From positions 1 through 64,000 of the IMG/VR virus record IMGVR_UViG_3300027659_000015: DNA of 64,000 nucleotides; one strand, written 5' to 3'. This document shows, one piece after another, positions 25,218 through 36,047 of the stretch. Origin of the DNA: a virus. A program made the translations under genes and the position numbers. The notes beneath the pieces were generated by a model. It had not been told where the DNA came from. It saw only the letters and a list, made by a program, of their open reading frames with translations, and searched no databases. The stretch's first letter is position 1; each line of letters starts with the position of its first letter.

Positions 25218-26585
25218 ATGGCAGATAATACAGATACACCAGAAGGCGTTGCTTATGGTCCAGAGAGTGCGAGTGTTGATAAGCTGACACTTATCACCGC
25301 TTCAGGCCAAGAAATTGATTTAAAGAAAATGATTATTGAATTTTCTTATTTTGAAGACATTTATAGTTTTGTTGTATCTGGTTCGGTATCGATTCGTGAC
25401 GGTCAAGGTCTAATTGAAAGATGGCAAATAACTGGTGGTGAATTTTTGGATGTTGATTTTGGTAGAGTAAAAGGTTCCGACACAAATACCTCCCGAAAAT
25501 TTCGAGTGTATAAACTAGGTGACAGAAAAGCTATTGAGAATTTGAACTCAGAAGTATTTACTTTACATTTTTGTTCTGAAGAATTACTTTTATCTGAACA
25601 AAACAAAGTTACAAAATCATACTCAAACAAAGGTTCAGGAGAAGAAATACACAAAACAGTAACTGCAATACTTAGAGAAGAATTGAAAGTTAAAAAAGAT
25701 TTATATATTGAAAATACCCGTGGAATTTATAGCTTTGTTATACCTAGAATTAAACCTTTGGAAGCCATAAGTTGGTTGTCAACATATGCAAGGCCGGAAT
25801 CACAGGCTTTGGCTGGTGCTGATATGTTGTTCTACGAAAATAAAGATGGTTTTAATTTTAAATCAATACGAAGCTTACTGAATCAAACACCTTATAGAAC
25901 ATATAATTATCAACAAAATAATACAGATTCAACATTAGAACAAAAAGCTTCATCAGTATTACAATATGAATTTATAAAATCCTATGATGCTCTGAATGAA
26001 ATTAGTTCTGGTACATTTGCCAACAGATTAATATCTGTAGATCCGGCAACAAGGTCATATAAGATTACTGATTTCGATTATAACAAATATAAAACAACAT
26101 CTAAACCCGCCAATGGTAGTGGTTTATTAAATGGTTATGTAAATAGATTGGGTAAGACAGATAATCAAAGTCCACAGAGTGTGGTCAAGGTTGTAATTGG
26201 TAATTCAGAACAATATAAAGTTGGTTATATTAAAGATAAACCTGGTTCTGTTGCAAATGATGTATTTGTGGAGAATTACATACCAAATAGAACAGCACAG
26301 ATTGCTCTAGCCAATTACACATTAGTAAAGGTGGTCGTTCCTGGTGATCCTAACTTGAAGGCCGGCATGACCGTGACCTTTAATATATACTCATTGGCGA
26401 TAGATGGTGATAAGAAAAGATTAGACACAAGATTTTCTGGCAAATATTTGGTTAATGCAGTTCGTCATATTATTCAATCACAAGGTGTATATCAAACAGT
26501 TATGGAATTAGCGAAAGAAAGTTATGAAACAGAATTATCAGCTATCAATAAAACAGCAGATTTACAGGCGGCAATAAATGAGTAG
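25218..26585 (+). CDS. baseplate hub protein (gp27-like)
   Basis: FEDI, FYENKDGFNFKS, VPGD..L.AG and SGKYLV..VRH; located between gp53 and gp5. Confidence 0.75.
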   Translation: MADNTDTPEGVAYGPESASVDKLTLITASGQEIDLKKMIIEFSYFEDIYSFVVSGSVSIRDGQGLIERWQITGGEFLDVDFGRVKGSDTNTSRKFRVYKLGDRKAIENLNSEVFTLHFCSEELLLSEQNKVTKSYSNKGSGEEIHKTVTAILREELKVKKDLYIENTRGIYSFVIPRIKPLEAISWLSTYARPESQALAGADMLFYENKDGFNFKSIRSLLNQTPYRTYNYQQNNTDSTLEQKASSVLQYEFIKSYDALNEISSGTFANRLISVDPATRSYKITDFDYNKYKTTSKPANGSGLLNGYVNRLGKTDNQSPQSVVKVVIGNSEQYKVGYIKDKPGSVANDVFVENYIPNRTAQIALANYTLVKVVVPGDPNLKAGMTVTFNIYSLAIDGDKKRLDTRFSGKYLVNAVRHIIQSQGVYQTVMELAKESYETELSAINKTADLQAAINE

Positions 26586-27765
26586 TTTTTTAGGTAAAGA
26601 TGGTTACGTTTGGTGGGTAGGTGTTGTTGAAAACATTGAAGATCCATTAAAATATGGCCGTTGTAAAATTAGAATATTTGGTTGGCATACAGAAAATTTA
26701 CAGTTATTACCAACCAAAGATTTACCATGGGCTGCGCCGGCTTCTGCAACAAATAGTTCAGGTTCTTTTTCTGTACCAACACCAGGAGATTATGTAACTG
26801 GTTATTTTGCTGATGATGGTTCTGGCCAAGTTCCATATTACACAGCAGTTTTACCTGGAATTCAAGCAAATCCACCAGATATATCTAAAGGTTTCTCACC
26901 ACAAAGATTAAATCCAGCCGCTGCGGAAACGCAAGAAGAGATTGCTACACCAAAATTACCTGCTGGTGTTATTGCCAATGCAATTGGTATGCCGACTATT
27001 GCACCTACTGCAATGGGTATTCTTGCTAATACAGGTATATCACTAACAAATGCTTCATTGGGTCATGCCTGTGATTTTAGATATGCATTCAATTTCAACC
27101 TTGGTGTTAGTTCATTAGGTTTAATTAATCCTGTAAGTGCTATTCAAAATGCCATGAAAAGCGGTAAGAATAAAGCAGCCATGTTAATATCAGCATTTAT
27201 TTCACAATTGAATGATACATTTAGGTTGACAATAAAAGGTATTCTATTCACATTAAATTTGGATCCTAGTGGCGTCTTAGCTGGTGCATATTCGTATGTA
27301 AAGAAAATTGTTAGAATGATTAATGAAATTACAATTAAGATTGCTAAAGTGGTTGAGATTGTTTCGGCTGTATATTATTTAATACAAGACATACAGAAAA
27401 TTATTGATTACTTAAAGAATTTGCCTGCTCGTTTCTTGGCGATGGTACAAGATTGTATTACAAACTTTTTAGGTGGTATCAAAAACTTCACTTCACAAAT
27501 TTTATCAATACCAGGTGCTGTTGGTAATTCAATACAAAACATTGCTTCTAGTTTGACTGGTTCAGCGGATAGTATGGTATCAACATTGAATGCTGCATCT
27601 TCTGCTTATCCATTACCAGATTCATTAAAAGGTTTGTTTACGGATCCTAGTTTAGACCACACAGTAGTATTACAACAACACATCAATGATACATATGATG
27701 CAAACACCGTGATTGCAACGGCTGAGTCATCAAATTTTGATCCGAATAAGGTACAATGGGCATGA
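26578..27765 (+). CDS. gp5: gp5 N-terminal part (OB-fold plus helical extension, no lysozyme)
   Basis: WWVGVVE...DP...GR..IRIFGWH...LPT.DLPWA. Confidence 0.85.
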   Translation: MSSFLGKDGYVWWVGVVENIEDPLKYGRCKIRIFGWHTENLQLLPTKDLPWAAPASATNSSGSFSVPTPGDYVTGYFADDGSGQVPYYTAVLPGIQANPPDISKGFSPQRLNPAAAETQEEIATPKLPAGVIANAIGMPTIAPTAMGILANTGISLTNASLGHACDFRYAFNFNLGVSSLGLINPVSAIQNAMKSGKNKAAMLISAFISQLNDTFRLTIKGILFTLNLDPSGVLAGAYSYVKKIVRMINEITIKIAKVVEIVSAVYYLIQDIQKIIDYLKNLPARFLAMVQDCITNFLGGIKNFTSQILSIPGAVGNSIQNIASSLTGSADSMVSTLNAASSAYPLPDSLKGLFTDPSLDHTVVLQQHINDTYDANTVIATAESSNFDPNKVQWA

Positions 27766-28598
27766 GTGAAATACCAAGTTTCTATAAAGGTTGGAACGAA
27801 CCGGAATCAGCAGCAAACACCGATTACAAACCGGTTTATCCATTCAATAATGTCACACAGACAAGGTCTGGACATATGTTTGAATTGGATGATACAAACA
27901 CAAGAGAAAGAGTTCGTTTACAACATCGTTCAAATACATTCTTTGAGATGCATCCAAATGGTGATTATGTACACAAGGTGTTTGGTGATGGTTATGAAAT
28001 CGTTGTTAAAAATAAGAATGTATTAATCAAAGGAATATGTAACATAACTATTGAGGGTGATGCATATGTTTATGTTAAGGGTGATAAGGTTGAACAAATT
28101 GATGGTAATTTAGAACAGCATGTAAAAGGTAATTACACACAGGTTGTAGAAGGTTTATCTAACATCACTTCACAAGGCAACATGAGAATTGATGCCGGTT
28201 CGGGATTAGTAGGTTCATTAACACTTAGTGCGGGTGATGTAGTGAACTTAAATGCTGATTTAAATGTTGATGGTGAGGTTGTTGCTGACAAAATATATTC
28301 TACTGGTCGTATTGATGCTTTTGGTGGTATTAGTGCTGGTCCCGCTGGTTTTGTTTCTATATTAGGTGGTTTATCAATAGGATATCCAGTTGCCGTGACG
28401 GGTCAAATACTTTGTATTGGTAGTATAAATTCAGCAACATTAATAAATGCTGGTATTTCTGTTAATGCGCCGACTGGTAAGTTTGGTTATATGTCGGCAG
28501 GATTAATGACAGACGTTGTGAATACATCAATATATGATTCTCACATACATATTGCAAGGTTTGGTCCGACAACACCTCCATTAACTCCAATGGTCTAA
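27762..28598 (+). CDS. gp5 C-terminal beta-helix spike protein with an HxH tip
   Basis: YPFNNV..T.SGH.FELDDT...ER....HRS, V.G beta-helix repeats and terminal SHIH...T.PP; ATGA overlap. Confidence 0.8.
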   Translation: MSEIPSFYKGWNEPESAANTDYKPVYPFNNVTQTRSGHMFELDDTNTRERVRLQHRSNTFFEMHPNGDYVHKVFGDGYEIVVKNKNVLIKGICNITIEGDAYVYVKGDKVEQIDGNLEQHVKGNYTQVVEGLSNITSQGNMRIDAGSGLVGSLTLSAGDVVNLNADLNVDGEVVADKIYSTGRIDAFGGISAGPAGFVSILGGLSIGYPVAVTGQILCIGSINSATLINAGISVNAPTGKFGYMSAGLMTDVVNTSIYDSHIHIARFGPTTPPLTPMV

Positions 28599-28607
28599 GG
28601 ATATAAT

Positions 28608-29402
28608 ATGAGTATTTTTGGTAGATTAGGATACGATTCCGCAAACACAGCAAGTGTTGTAACAGATTTGTCGGCAAATGTGGTTTTGACAATGAGTCAA
28701 ATGCCGGCTTTATTAAACTCATGGCAGACAGATGACGTATCCGATAACATTATTGGTGGTTATTTTTCAAATCCAGTCGCAAGTATCACACAAAACATTT
28801 GGTATACAGCAAATACAATTCTCGCTATACCAAATTTGAGCACGGCTCAAACAGCAATAAATGTGGCTGTAACCAATTTATCCGAGTCTTGTAATAGTTT
28901 TTTCTTACATACTAATAGAATATCGGGTGTGAGTTCAAATACAGATGAACCAACACAACCACACTATAATACAGCTATGGCCACCGCAAAAGTTATAATG
29001 TTCATCACATTTCAATCGGATGGAGTACAAAACAATGCGCCTTTGATGGGTAATTTTACCAGTTTGACTATCAGAGACACCTTGAGTACGATGAATACAA
29101 CAATTCAGTCATATCCTACGACTATCAAGAATAGTATTGTTGTAACCAGTGATGAGTTTGGAACAACTTATACAAGTAACCTGACTACAATTCAAGTAAC
29201 AACAATCATAAATGGTATAAACTCAATTAAAAACATTATGGATTCACGTAGAATTGGTGACGTTAACTTCTACAATAACTCCAGGTCTATCGTGGATGAT
29301 TACAATTCAGTCAAGCAGTTTGCTAATCCTGGTCAATCCGAGACATATTTAATCAATAATTACATAGGTACTGATAAATTAAAGTCCAGGATAAACTCAT
29401 AA
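28608..29402 (+). CDS. hypothetical baseplate-region protein
   Basis: 264-aa helical ORF between the spike gene and gp25; AAGGA SD. Confidence 0.75.
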   Translation: MSIFGRLGYDSANTASVVTDLSANVVLTMSQMPALLNSWQTDDVSDNIIGGYFSNPVASITQNIWYTANTILAIPNLSTAQTAINVAVTNLSESCNSFFLHTNRISGVSSNTDEPTQPHYNTAMATAKVIMFITFQSDGVQNNAPLMGNFTSLTIRDTLSTMNTTIQSYPTTIKNSIVVTSDEFGTTYTSNLTTIQVTTIINGINSIKNIMDSRRIGDVNFYNNSRSIVDDYNSVKQFANPGQSETYLINNYIGTDKLKSRINS

Positions 29403-29405
29403 ATA
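29400..29405 (+). promoter_or_regulatory. late promoter for gp25
   Basis: caTAAATA, 4 nt before the ATG. Confidence 0.55.
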
Positions 29406-29409
29406 AAAC

Positions 29410-29802
29410 ATGGCAACCATAAATAAAGTTTATTCAGACATAGATTTCACTTTCACAAAGAAACCTGTGACGGGTGATGTAGCCTTGAGTTATGATTCTC
29501 AGGCAGTTTCTCGTTCCATTAGGAACCTATTGAATACAAAAAACTATGACCGTTTATTCAATCCAGAGTTAGGTTCAAAATTATCTGGTCTATTGTTTGA
29601 TAATATGTCTCCTGTACTTTCAGTATCTATGCAAAATATGATAACAAATATGATTGATACATATGAACCGAGAGCCAGATTACAAAGTGTAACGGTAACT
29701 CCTAAACCAGATTTAAATGCATATGCAGTAAATATATCTTTTTATACAGAAAATACAACGATGCCAACAACTATAACAATTCTTTTAGAGAGAAACAGAT
29801 AA
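29410..29802 (+). CDS. gp25: baseplate wedge subunit gp25
   Basis: YSDID..F...PVT.D, SIRNL..T...R.F.P..GS and YEPR. Confidence 0.92.
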   Translation: MATINKVYSDIDFTFTKKPVTGDVALSYDSQAVSRSIRNLLNTKNYDRLFNPELGSKLSGLLFDNMSPVLSVSMQNMITNMIDTYEPRARLQSVTVTPKPDLNAYAVNISFYTENTTMPTTITILLERNR

Positions 29803-31878
29803 ATGGCTGGTGCTAACTCAAACATTCAAATGACGGATTTGGATTTTAATACAATTAAAAACAATCTGAAAACGTACCTACAATCACAAGATACATTAAA
29901 AGATTATAACTATGAAGGTTCAGCCTTGTCTGTTCTTTTGGATGTTCTTGCATACAATACACAATATAATGCATATTATTTAAATATGGTCGCCAATGAA
30001 ATGTTTTTGGATTCTGCAATTCAAAGAAGTTCGGTTGTTTCTCAAGCCAAATTATTAAATTACATACCAAAATCAGCAAGAGCACCAGAAGCATCAATTA
30101 ATTTAACTGTAAATGAAGTAACCAATCCAACTCTAACACTTCCCAAGTACACAGCATTCATGTCTGAAGCAATTGATGGTACAAACTATAATTTTGTTAC
30201 CCCAACATCTCAAACAGTACAAGTTGCTAATAACACAGCAACGTTTTCGAATATTAATATAAAACAAGGTATTGCAACCACCGTATCATTTATAGTTAAC
30301 AACTCAAATAATCCAAAATCAAAATTTACATTACCTGATTCAGCTATTGATACTACAACCATACAGATATTGGTTCAACAATCATCCGTAAATACAGCGT
30401 ATGAAATTTATAATTCTGGTGAAAATTATTTAACTCTAGATAATAATTCACTTGTTTATTTTATACAAGAAGGTTTGACTGGTAATTATGAAATTTACTT
30501 TGGTGATGGGATTTTAGGTAAAAAATTAACTGATGGTAATAAAGTAATTATTTCATATATTGTCACCAATGGAACCGCAGCAGCTGGTGCAAATAGTTTT
30601 GTCTTATTGGAAGCGGTAAATGGATATTCAAATACACAAATTAGTCCTGTTACATCAACCACTTCCGGTAAACTACGTGAATCTATAGAATCAATTAAGT
30701 TTCATGCACCAAAAGCTTATGCTGCACAAAAGCGTGCTGTTACTAAAGAAGATTATATTAACGCTATTAACCAAAATGATGCTGGTTATCCAATTGGTGC
30801 AGTCAACGTTTGGGGTGGCCAAGAAAATGTTCCGCCTGTATACGGCCAAGTTTTTATTGCTATTAAACCAGCTGGTGCATATACATTAACTGCAACTCAA
30901 AAACAAAGATTGGTTGATGATGTTATTAAACCAATTTCTGTTATGACAGTTGAACCAACGATTGTTGATCCGGATTACACATATCTTCAATTAACAGCAA
31001 ATGTTTTGTATGATTCGAAGAAAACAAATCTAACGGCCGGTCAATTAGAAAGTGCAATACGGGCAGTAATAACAAGTTTATCCGACCAAAGTTTGAATAC
31101 TTTTAATTCAACATTTTCTGCAACAGACTTTTCAAGCGCTATTGCTTCGGTCAATAATTCAATTATTACTAATGAAATTTCATTGGTCTTACAAAAGAAG
31201 TTTTATCCTAATTTATCTGGCGCTTCTACATATAAATTTTATTATGGTACTCCACTAAAACGTGGTATGTTTCAAAGTGGTGTAACGAGTAAACCATCAT
31301 TTCAATACTTTGATTCAACAAATTATTCAAACATTTTTGAATCTGTTTATATTGAAGAAGTACCAACATCCACAGGTGGCCTAGAATCTATAACGGTTAT
31401 AAATCCTGGTTTTGGTTACCAATATCCACCAACAGTAAAAATTCTAGGTGACGGTACTGGTGCTACGGCAGAAGCAGTAATAACGGGTGCCGGTGTAATT
31501 AAACAGATAAATGTTCTTACAACAGGAACAGGATATACAAGTATTCTTGTAGAAATTACACCTGCTGCAAATGATACCACAGGAAACCTTGGCGCAGCAA
31601 CCGCAACATTGATTGGCCGTTATGGTACACTTAGAACATATTATAATGATACAAAGAATGTTAAAACAATTTTGAATAGTTCTGCTGGCACAATTGATTA
31701 TGTTTCTGGTGTTATAACACTAGATGCTTTTGCACCATATCAAATAAATGACGATTTGGGTCAATTAACAATTAATGCTATACCAACAACAAGTATCATA
31801 TCTTCTGCATATAATAGAATCATTACAATTGATCCCTATGATCCTGCAGCTATTGTCGTGAATGTTACAGCCAAATAA
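29803..31878 (+). CDS. gp6: baseplate wedge subunit gp6
   Basis: LDF..IK..L..YL..Q....DY..EGS.LSVL.D.LAYNT, FGDG..G.K, RAVT.EDY and GTIDY.SG. Confidence 0.93.
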   Translation: MAGANSNIQMTDLDFNTIKNNLKTYLQSQDTLKDYNYEGSALSVLLDVLAYNTQYNAYYLNMVANEMFLDSAIQRSSVVSQAKLLNYIPKSARAPEASINLTVNEVTNPTLTLPKYTAFMSEAIDGTNYNFVTPTSQTVQVANNTATFSNINIKQGIATTVSFIVNNSNNPKSKFTLPDSAIDTTTIQILVQQSSVNTAYEIYNSGENYLTLDNNSLVYFIQEGLTGNYEIYFGDGILGKKLTDGNKVIISYIVTNGTAAAGANSFVLLEAVNGYSNTQISPVTSTTSGKLRESIESIKFHAPKAYAAQKRAVTKEDYINAINQNDAGYPIGAVNVWGGQENVPPVYGQVFIAIKPAGAYTLTATQKQRLVDDVIKPISVMTVEPTIVDPDYTYLQLTANVLYDSKKTNLTAGQLESAIRAVITSLSDQSLNTFNSTFSATDFSSAIASVNNSIITNEISLVLQKKFYPNLSGASTYKFYYGTPLKRGMFQSGVTSKPSFQYFDSTNYSNIFESVYIEEVPTSTGGLESITVINPGFGYQYPPTVKILGDGTGATAEAVITGAGVIKQINVLTTGTGYTSILVEITPAANDTTGNLGAATATLIGRYGTLRTYYNDTKNVKTILNSSAGTIDYVSGVITLDAFAPYQINDDLGQLTINAIPTTSIISSAYNRIITIDPYDPAAIVVNVTAK

Positions 31879-31880
31879 AC

Positions 31881-34631
31881 ATGATAGTTAATAATCAAAA
31901 AACATCTCTTTTAATAGACTCACAATTACCTGAGTTTGTTAGAGATAATCCAGATTATGGAAACTTTCGTTTATTCCTTCAGGCATATTATGAATGGTTG
32001 GAGGAAGAAGGTAAAGTAACAAATAGAACAAAGAATCTTTTAAGTTATAAAGATGTCGATACAACGACTAATGAGTTCTTGAGTTATTTCACGAATGATT
32101 TTTTACCTTATTTTCCACAAGATGCCTTAGTTGATAAAAAAGAGGCAATAAAAATTGCCAGACAGTTATATCAAACAAAAGGCACACCAGCGTCTTTTCA
32201 ATTCCTCTTTAAAATATTATTTGATTCCGACTTTGATTTGTTTTACACCAAAGAGGCTGTACTAAAAGCATCGGCCGGTACATGGTACGTAGCCAAAAGT
32301 TTGAAGTTAGCTACATATGACACCAATTTTCAAAATATAGATAATTATAGATTATTTGGTGAAACAACAAAATCTATTGCTACAGTCGAAAAAGCGTTTA
32401 CACTTGGCACAAAGACAGAAGTTTTTATTTCAAATATTGAACGTCTATTTCAATCAGGTGAATTTGTTAGGGTGGTTGACAATTCAAATCAAACTGTATT
32501 GTTTAATGGTCAACCACTCAGAGCAAAAATTATAGGTCAAATCAGCCAAATCAAAATTGATCCTAAAAACAGAGGACTTTTATATGTTACAGGTGATCCT
32601 GTCATTATATATGGTGGTTTGAATTCTGAAAATGGTTTAGGTGCTTCAGCTATAATTTCTGAAACGACCACTGGTTCTATCAGAAGTATTGGTGTGGTAA
32701 CAAGTGGTTTTGGTTACTCGGCTGAGCCGAATACACGTATTAATATAACAAATGCTCCTGGTGCATATGCAATTGTTGGTTCTTTAAATCCAGATCCAAG
32801 ATATACAATGAATGTTGCTTTTCTTGGTTCAGACACAATTGCATTAAAGAAAGATATTATTCTTGGTAATAGTAATTATTTTTTCGCCAATGTTGCAACA
32901 TCAAATGCAAACACAACTTTAGCCAATGCTTTTTCGTTTGTATCGTTCACAACATATCCAATATCGTCAATTGTTGTAACTAACGGAGGCGGCGGTATTA
33001 GAGATATACCAGAAATCACCGCACAATCTGGTTACCAAACTGACTTATTCACAGATGCTAGTATACCTGGCCTTGGGATATTAAGTCCAATACAAATAAC
33101 AGATGGTGGACATGGTTATCGAGTAAATGATAAAATTGTATTTTCTGGTGGAACTGGCCGTGGCGCATACGCTAATGTAACATCTGTTGCAGCAAATGGT
33201 TATATCACCGGTATTACATATGTATTGAATACTATACCAGACTTCCCGTTAGGTGGTATGGGTTACACATCAACAACTTTACCGGTTCTAAGTGTAGCCT
33301 CAGCCAACAATCAAGCAGCAAATGCAAGTCTTTATATTCCTGGAATATTAGGTACAGGCGCAACTTTCTTACCTACTGTTGACCGTGCAGGTTCGATAAC
33401 ATCAATTGGTATAACGGATGGCGGTGAAGATTATATTAGTGCACCAGTCATTTCATTAAAAGTACAAGATATCACTGTTTCGAATGTATCAACTTCAAAT
33501 CTACCAGTAAAAGGTAATGTGATTTATCAAGGCGCAAATACAAATACTGCAACTTACTTGGCCATGGTCGACTCAATAGAACAGTTGGCATCAAACCAAG
33601 ATCCACTATTATCTGTTTGGAATCTGAGAGTATTCAACTATAATTCAAATCCTGATAAAACCAAAAAATTGAATATTGATAGACAAGCTGGCGCAAATGT
33701 ATTCTTAAATATGACAGGTACAAGATATGATAATTCATATACAATAGATGGTTACAAAAATTATGGTGACGGCACCGCAAAGGCTACATCCTCTTTCTTA
33801 AATGGACTTGTTATCAGTCAAGGACAATATCTAACAACACAAGGTCAACCTAGTGGTTTTGATTTGTTACAGGATGATGTTTATAACAATTACACATATA
33901 AGATTACGGTCGAAAAAGAAATTGAAAAATATAGAGATGTATTATTAAACTTATTACATCCAAGTGGTATTAATGTGATTGGTAGATATGCATTGAAATC
34001 AAATACAGCATTCAATACCCTAGCGCAAGAAGGTGTATCAGGCGCTCATACATTGAGATATTATACAAATAACACCGGAACAACCGTTTCAATGACAACA
34101 GATTTTACAAATAAGAGTAATAATATTGTTAAAATTAATAATCTTTCTGGTGCAAATCTTTACAATTTCATTACCGTTGGAAATTCACAAATCTCAATAG
34201 TTCCGTTACATGGTGCAAATATACACGCAATTGTTGCTTCAGTAAATACAACATCAAATACCATTACACTTTCTTCTAATGTATGGTTAACTTTTGCTAA
34301 TGTCGCAAGAATAACAGGAAATTCTGGTTCGAACACGATAAATATTACATCATTGACTGGTGAATATGATATTTTAAATAATGGAAATTATAGTAATACT
34401 GCATATCCATTGATGGATATTGTGTATTCTGGTGATAAGATTCTAGTTGCAAATAACACATCTATGACAGTAGATTATGTGGATTATTTTACTGGCCGAG
34501 GCAAAATTTATTTGACTTCCAACTTAGCTTCAACCGCAAATTCATATCTATCGGTAAACAGAACATTAACAGCCAACGGGGCTGATGTTAAAATTTACAC
34601 TCCAATTGGACAACAATACACAGAAATCTAA
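31881..34631 (+). CDS. gp7: baseplate wedge initiator gp7-like
   Basis: QLPEFVR...F..FL.AYYEW.E, Y..KGT..S..FLF..LF and LLHPSG. Confidence 0.8.
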   Translation: MIVNNQKTSLLIDSQLPEFVRDNPDYGNFRLFLQAYYEWLEEEGKVTNRTKNLLSYKDVDTTTNEFLSYFTNDFLPYFPQDALVDKKEAIKIARQLYQTKGTPASFQFLFKILFDSDFDLFYTKEAVLKASAGTWYVAKSLKLATYDTNFQNIDNYRLFGETTKSIATVEKAFTLGTKTEVFISNIERLFQSGEFVRVVDNSNQTVLFNGQPLRAKIIGQISQIKIDPKNRGLLYVTGDPVIIYGGLNSENGLGASAIISETTTGSIRSIGVVTSGFGYSAEPNTRINITNAPGAYAIVGSLNPDPRYTMNVAFLGSDTIALKKDIILGNSNYFFANVATSNANTTLANAFSFVSFTTYPISSIVVTNGGGGIRDIPEITAQSGYQTDLFTDASIPGLGILSPIQITDGGHGYRVNDKIVFSGGTGRGAYANVTSVAANGYITGITYVLNTIPDFPLGGMGYTSTTLPVLSVASANNQAANASLYIPGILGTGATFLPTVDRAGSITSIGITDGGEDYISAPVISLKVQDITVSNVSTSNLPVKGNVIYQGANTNTATYLAMVDSIEQLASNQDPLLSVWNLRVFNYNSNPDKTKKLNIDRQAGANVFLNMTGTRYDNSYTIDGYKNYGDGTAKATSSFLNGLVISQGQYLTTQGQPSGFDLLQDDVYNNYTYKITVEKEIEKYRDVLLNLLHPSGINVIGRYALKSNTAFNTLAQEGVSGAHTLRYYTNNTGTTVSMTTDFTNKSNNIVKINNLSGANLYNFITVGNSQISIVPLHGANIHAIVASVNTTSNTITLSSNVWLTFANVARITGNSGSNTINITSLTGEYDILNNGNYSNTAYPLMDIVYSGDKILVANNTSMTVDYVDYFTGRGKIYLTSNLASTANSYLSVNRTLTANGADVKIYTPIGQQYTEI

Positions 34632-34633
34632 GA

Positions 34634-34639
34634 TAAATA
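34634..34639 (+). promoter_or_regulatory. late promoter for gp8
   Basis: gaTAAATA, 4 nt before the ATG. Confidence 0.55.
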
Positions 34640-34643
34640 AATC

Positions 34644-36038
34644 ATGTCAAACAAAATTATTCTCACAACTGGCGCCAGAGTATCACAGGTTGAATTGAGT
34701 TACAATTCACCACAAGTTGTATTTACTGGTACTGAAATTGCTTTGGCTTCAACATATTGTTTCTTGTCTAAAGTAACTCCATGGGCAAATAACGAACCAG
34801 AATTACCTAGAGGTGACATTAAATACCAAAAACAAGTATTGAAAAATATGTTTGTGGCAAAATTGGTCACAGCAAGTGACATTTCACCTGTAATCAAACG
34901 GATTGACTGGACTTCAGGTGTCGTATATGAACATTATAGTGATGATGTAGACATGGTTGAAGTTGATACAAACGGAAATCTTTTACATAATTTCTATGTA
35001 AAAAACAAATATGACCAAGTGTTTAAATGTTTGTGGAATAATAACAACGGACCATCAACAGTACAACCTTACTTTGAACCAGGTACATATAACGCTTTCA
35101 AAATATTCACTGGTGCTGACGGATATAAATGGAAATTTATGTTTACGATTGATGCCGGTTACAAAGTTAAATTTATGGATAAAGTTTGGATGCCTATTCC
35201 ATTGGGAGCAAACACACCGAGTCCATTAATAACAACGGCTGGTGCTGGTAGTATTGAAGCTATAAACATACTTACTGGTGGTTCGGGATATGATGATGTA
35301 AACTATCCTATTAGTGTTAATATAATTGGTGACGGATATGGTGCTGCTGGTACCGCAAAGGTTGTAGGTGGATCCATCACGGATGTTATCATTACAAACC
35401 AAGGTTCGGATTATACAACTGCTAATGTTGTGATTACATCTGCTGTTGGTTCTAATGCAACGGCATTTGCATCTACATCTCCTGTCGGTGGCCACGGTTT
35501 TGATCCAATATCAGAATTAGGTTGTTCACATGTCATGTTTACAGCTGAATTTTCTGGTGGAGAAAATGGTGACATACCAACAGATATTACTTTTTATCAA
35601 TTAGGATTAGTAACAAATCCATCATCACGGACTTCACAATTATATGCCAAGTCGATAGGCCTAAACTCTACATTGCCAACTGATGGTTTGATTTATAGAA
35701 CAAGTACAGATTTTATTGTTGCACCTGGATTTGGTTCATATACATCAGGTGATACTGTATTCCAAGGTCCAGATAATAATATAAACAATGCAACGTTCCG
35801 TGCGACTATCTTGAGTTTTGATGTTGCAACCAATGTACTGAGGCTAATAAATACATCAGGAGTTCCACTTCCTAATGGTCCAGTAAGAAACGCAGATAGA
35901 ACCAATAGAACTTTGTTGACATATACTACACCAGATTATTCTATATTCTCTGGTTATTTGTCTTTTATTGAAAATAGGTCTGGTATACAAAGAAGTTCTG
36001 ATGGTGTAGAACAAGTTAGAATGGTAATAGGTTACTAA
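34644..36038 (+). CDS. gp8: baseplate wedge subunit gp8
   Basis: R.DW.SG.VY..Y, VFKCL.N, DGYKWKFM and PVGGHG.DP..ELG. Confidence 0.9.
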   Translation: MSNKIILTTGARVSQVELSYNSPQVVFTGTEIALASTYCFLSKVTPWANNEPELPRGDIKYQKQVLKNMFVAKLVTASDISPVIKRIDWTSGVVYEHYSDDVDMVEVDTNGNLLHNFYVKNKYDQVFKCLWNNNNGPSTVQPYFEPGTYNAFKIFTGADGYKWKFMFTIDAGYKVKFMDKVWMPIPLGANTPSPLITTAGAGSIEAINILTGGSGYDDVNYPISVNIIGDGYGAAGTAKVVGGSITDVIITNQGSDYTTANVVITSAVGSNATAFASTSPVGGHGFDPISELGCSHVMFTAEFSGGENGDIPTDITFYQLGLVTNPSSRTSQLYAKSIGLNSTLPTDGLIYRTSTDFIVAPGFGSYTSGDTVFQGPDNNINNATFRATILSFDVATNVLRLINTSGVPLPNGPVRNADRTNRTLLTYTTPDYSIFSGYLSFIENRSGIQRSSDGVEQVRMVIGY

Positions 36039-36047
36039 AGGAAAAAA

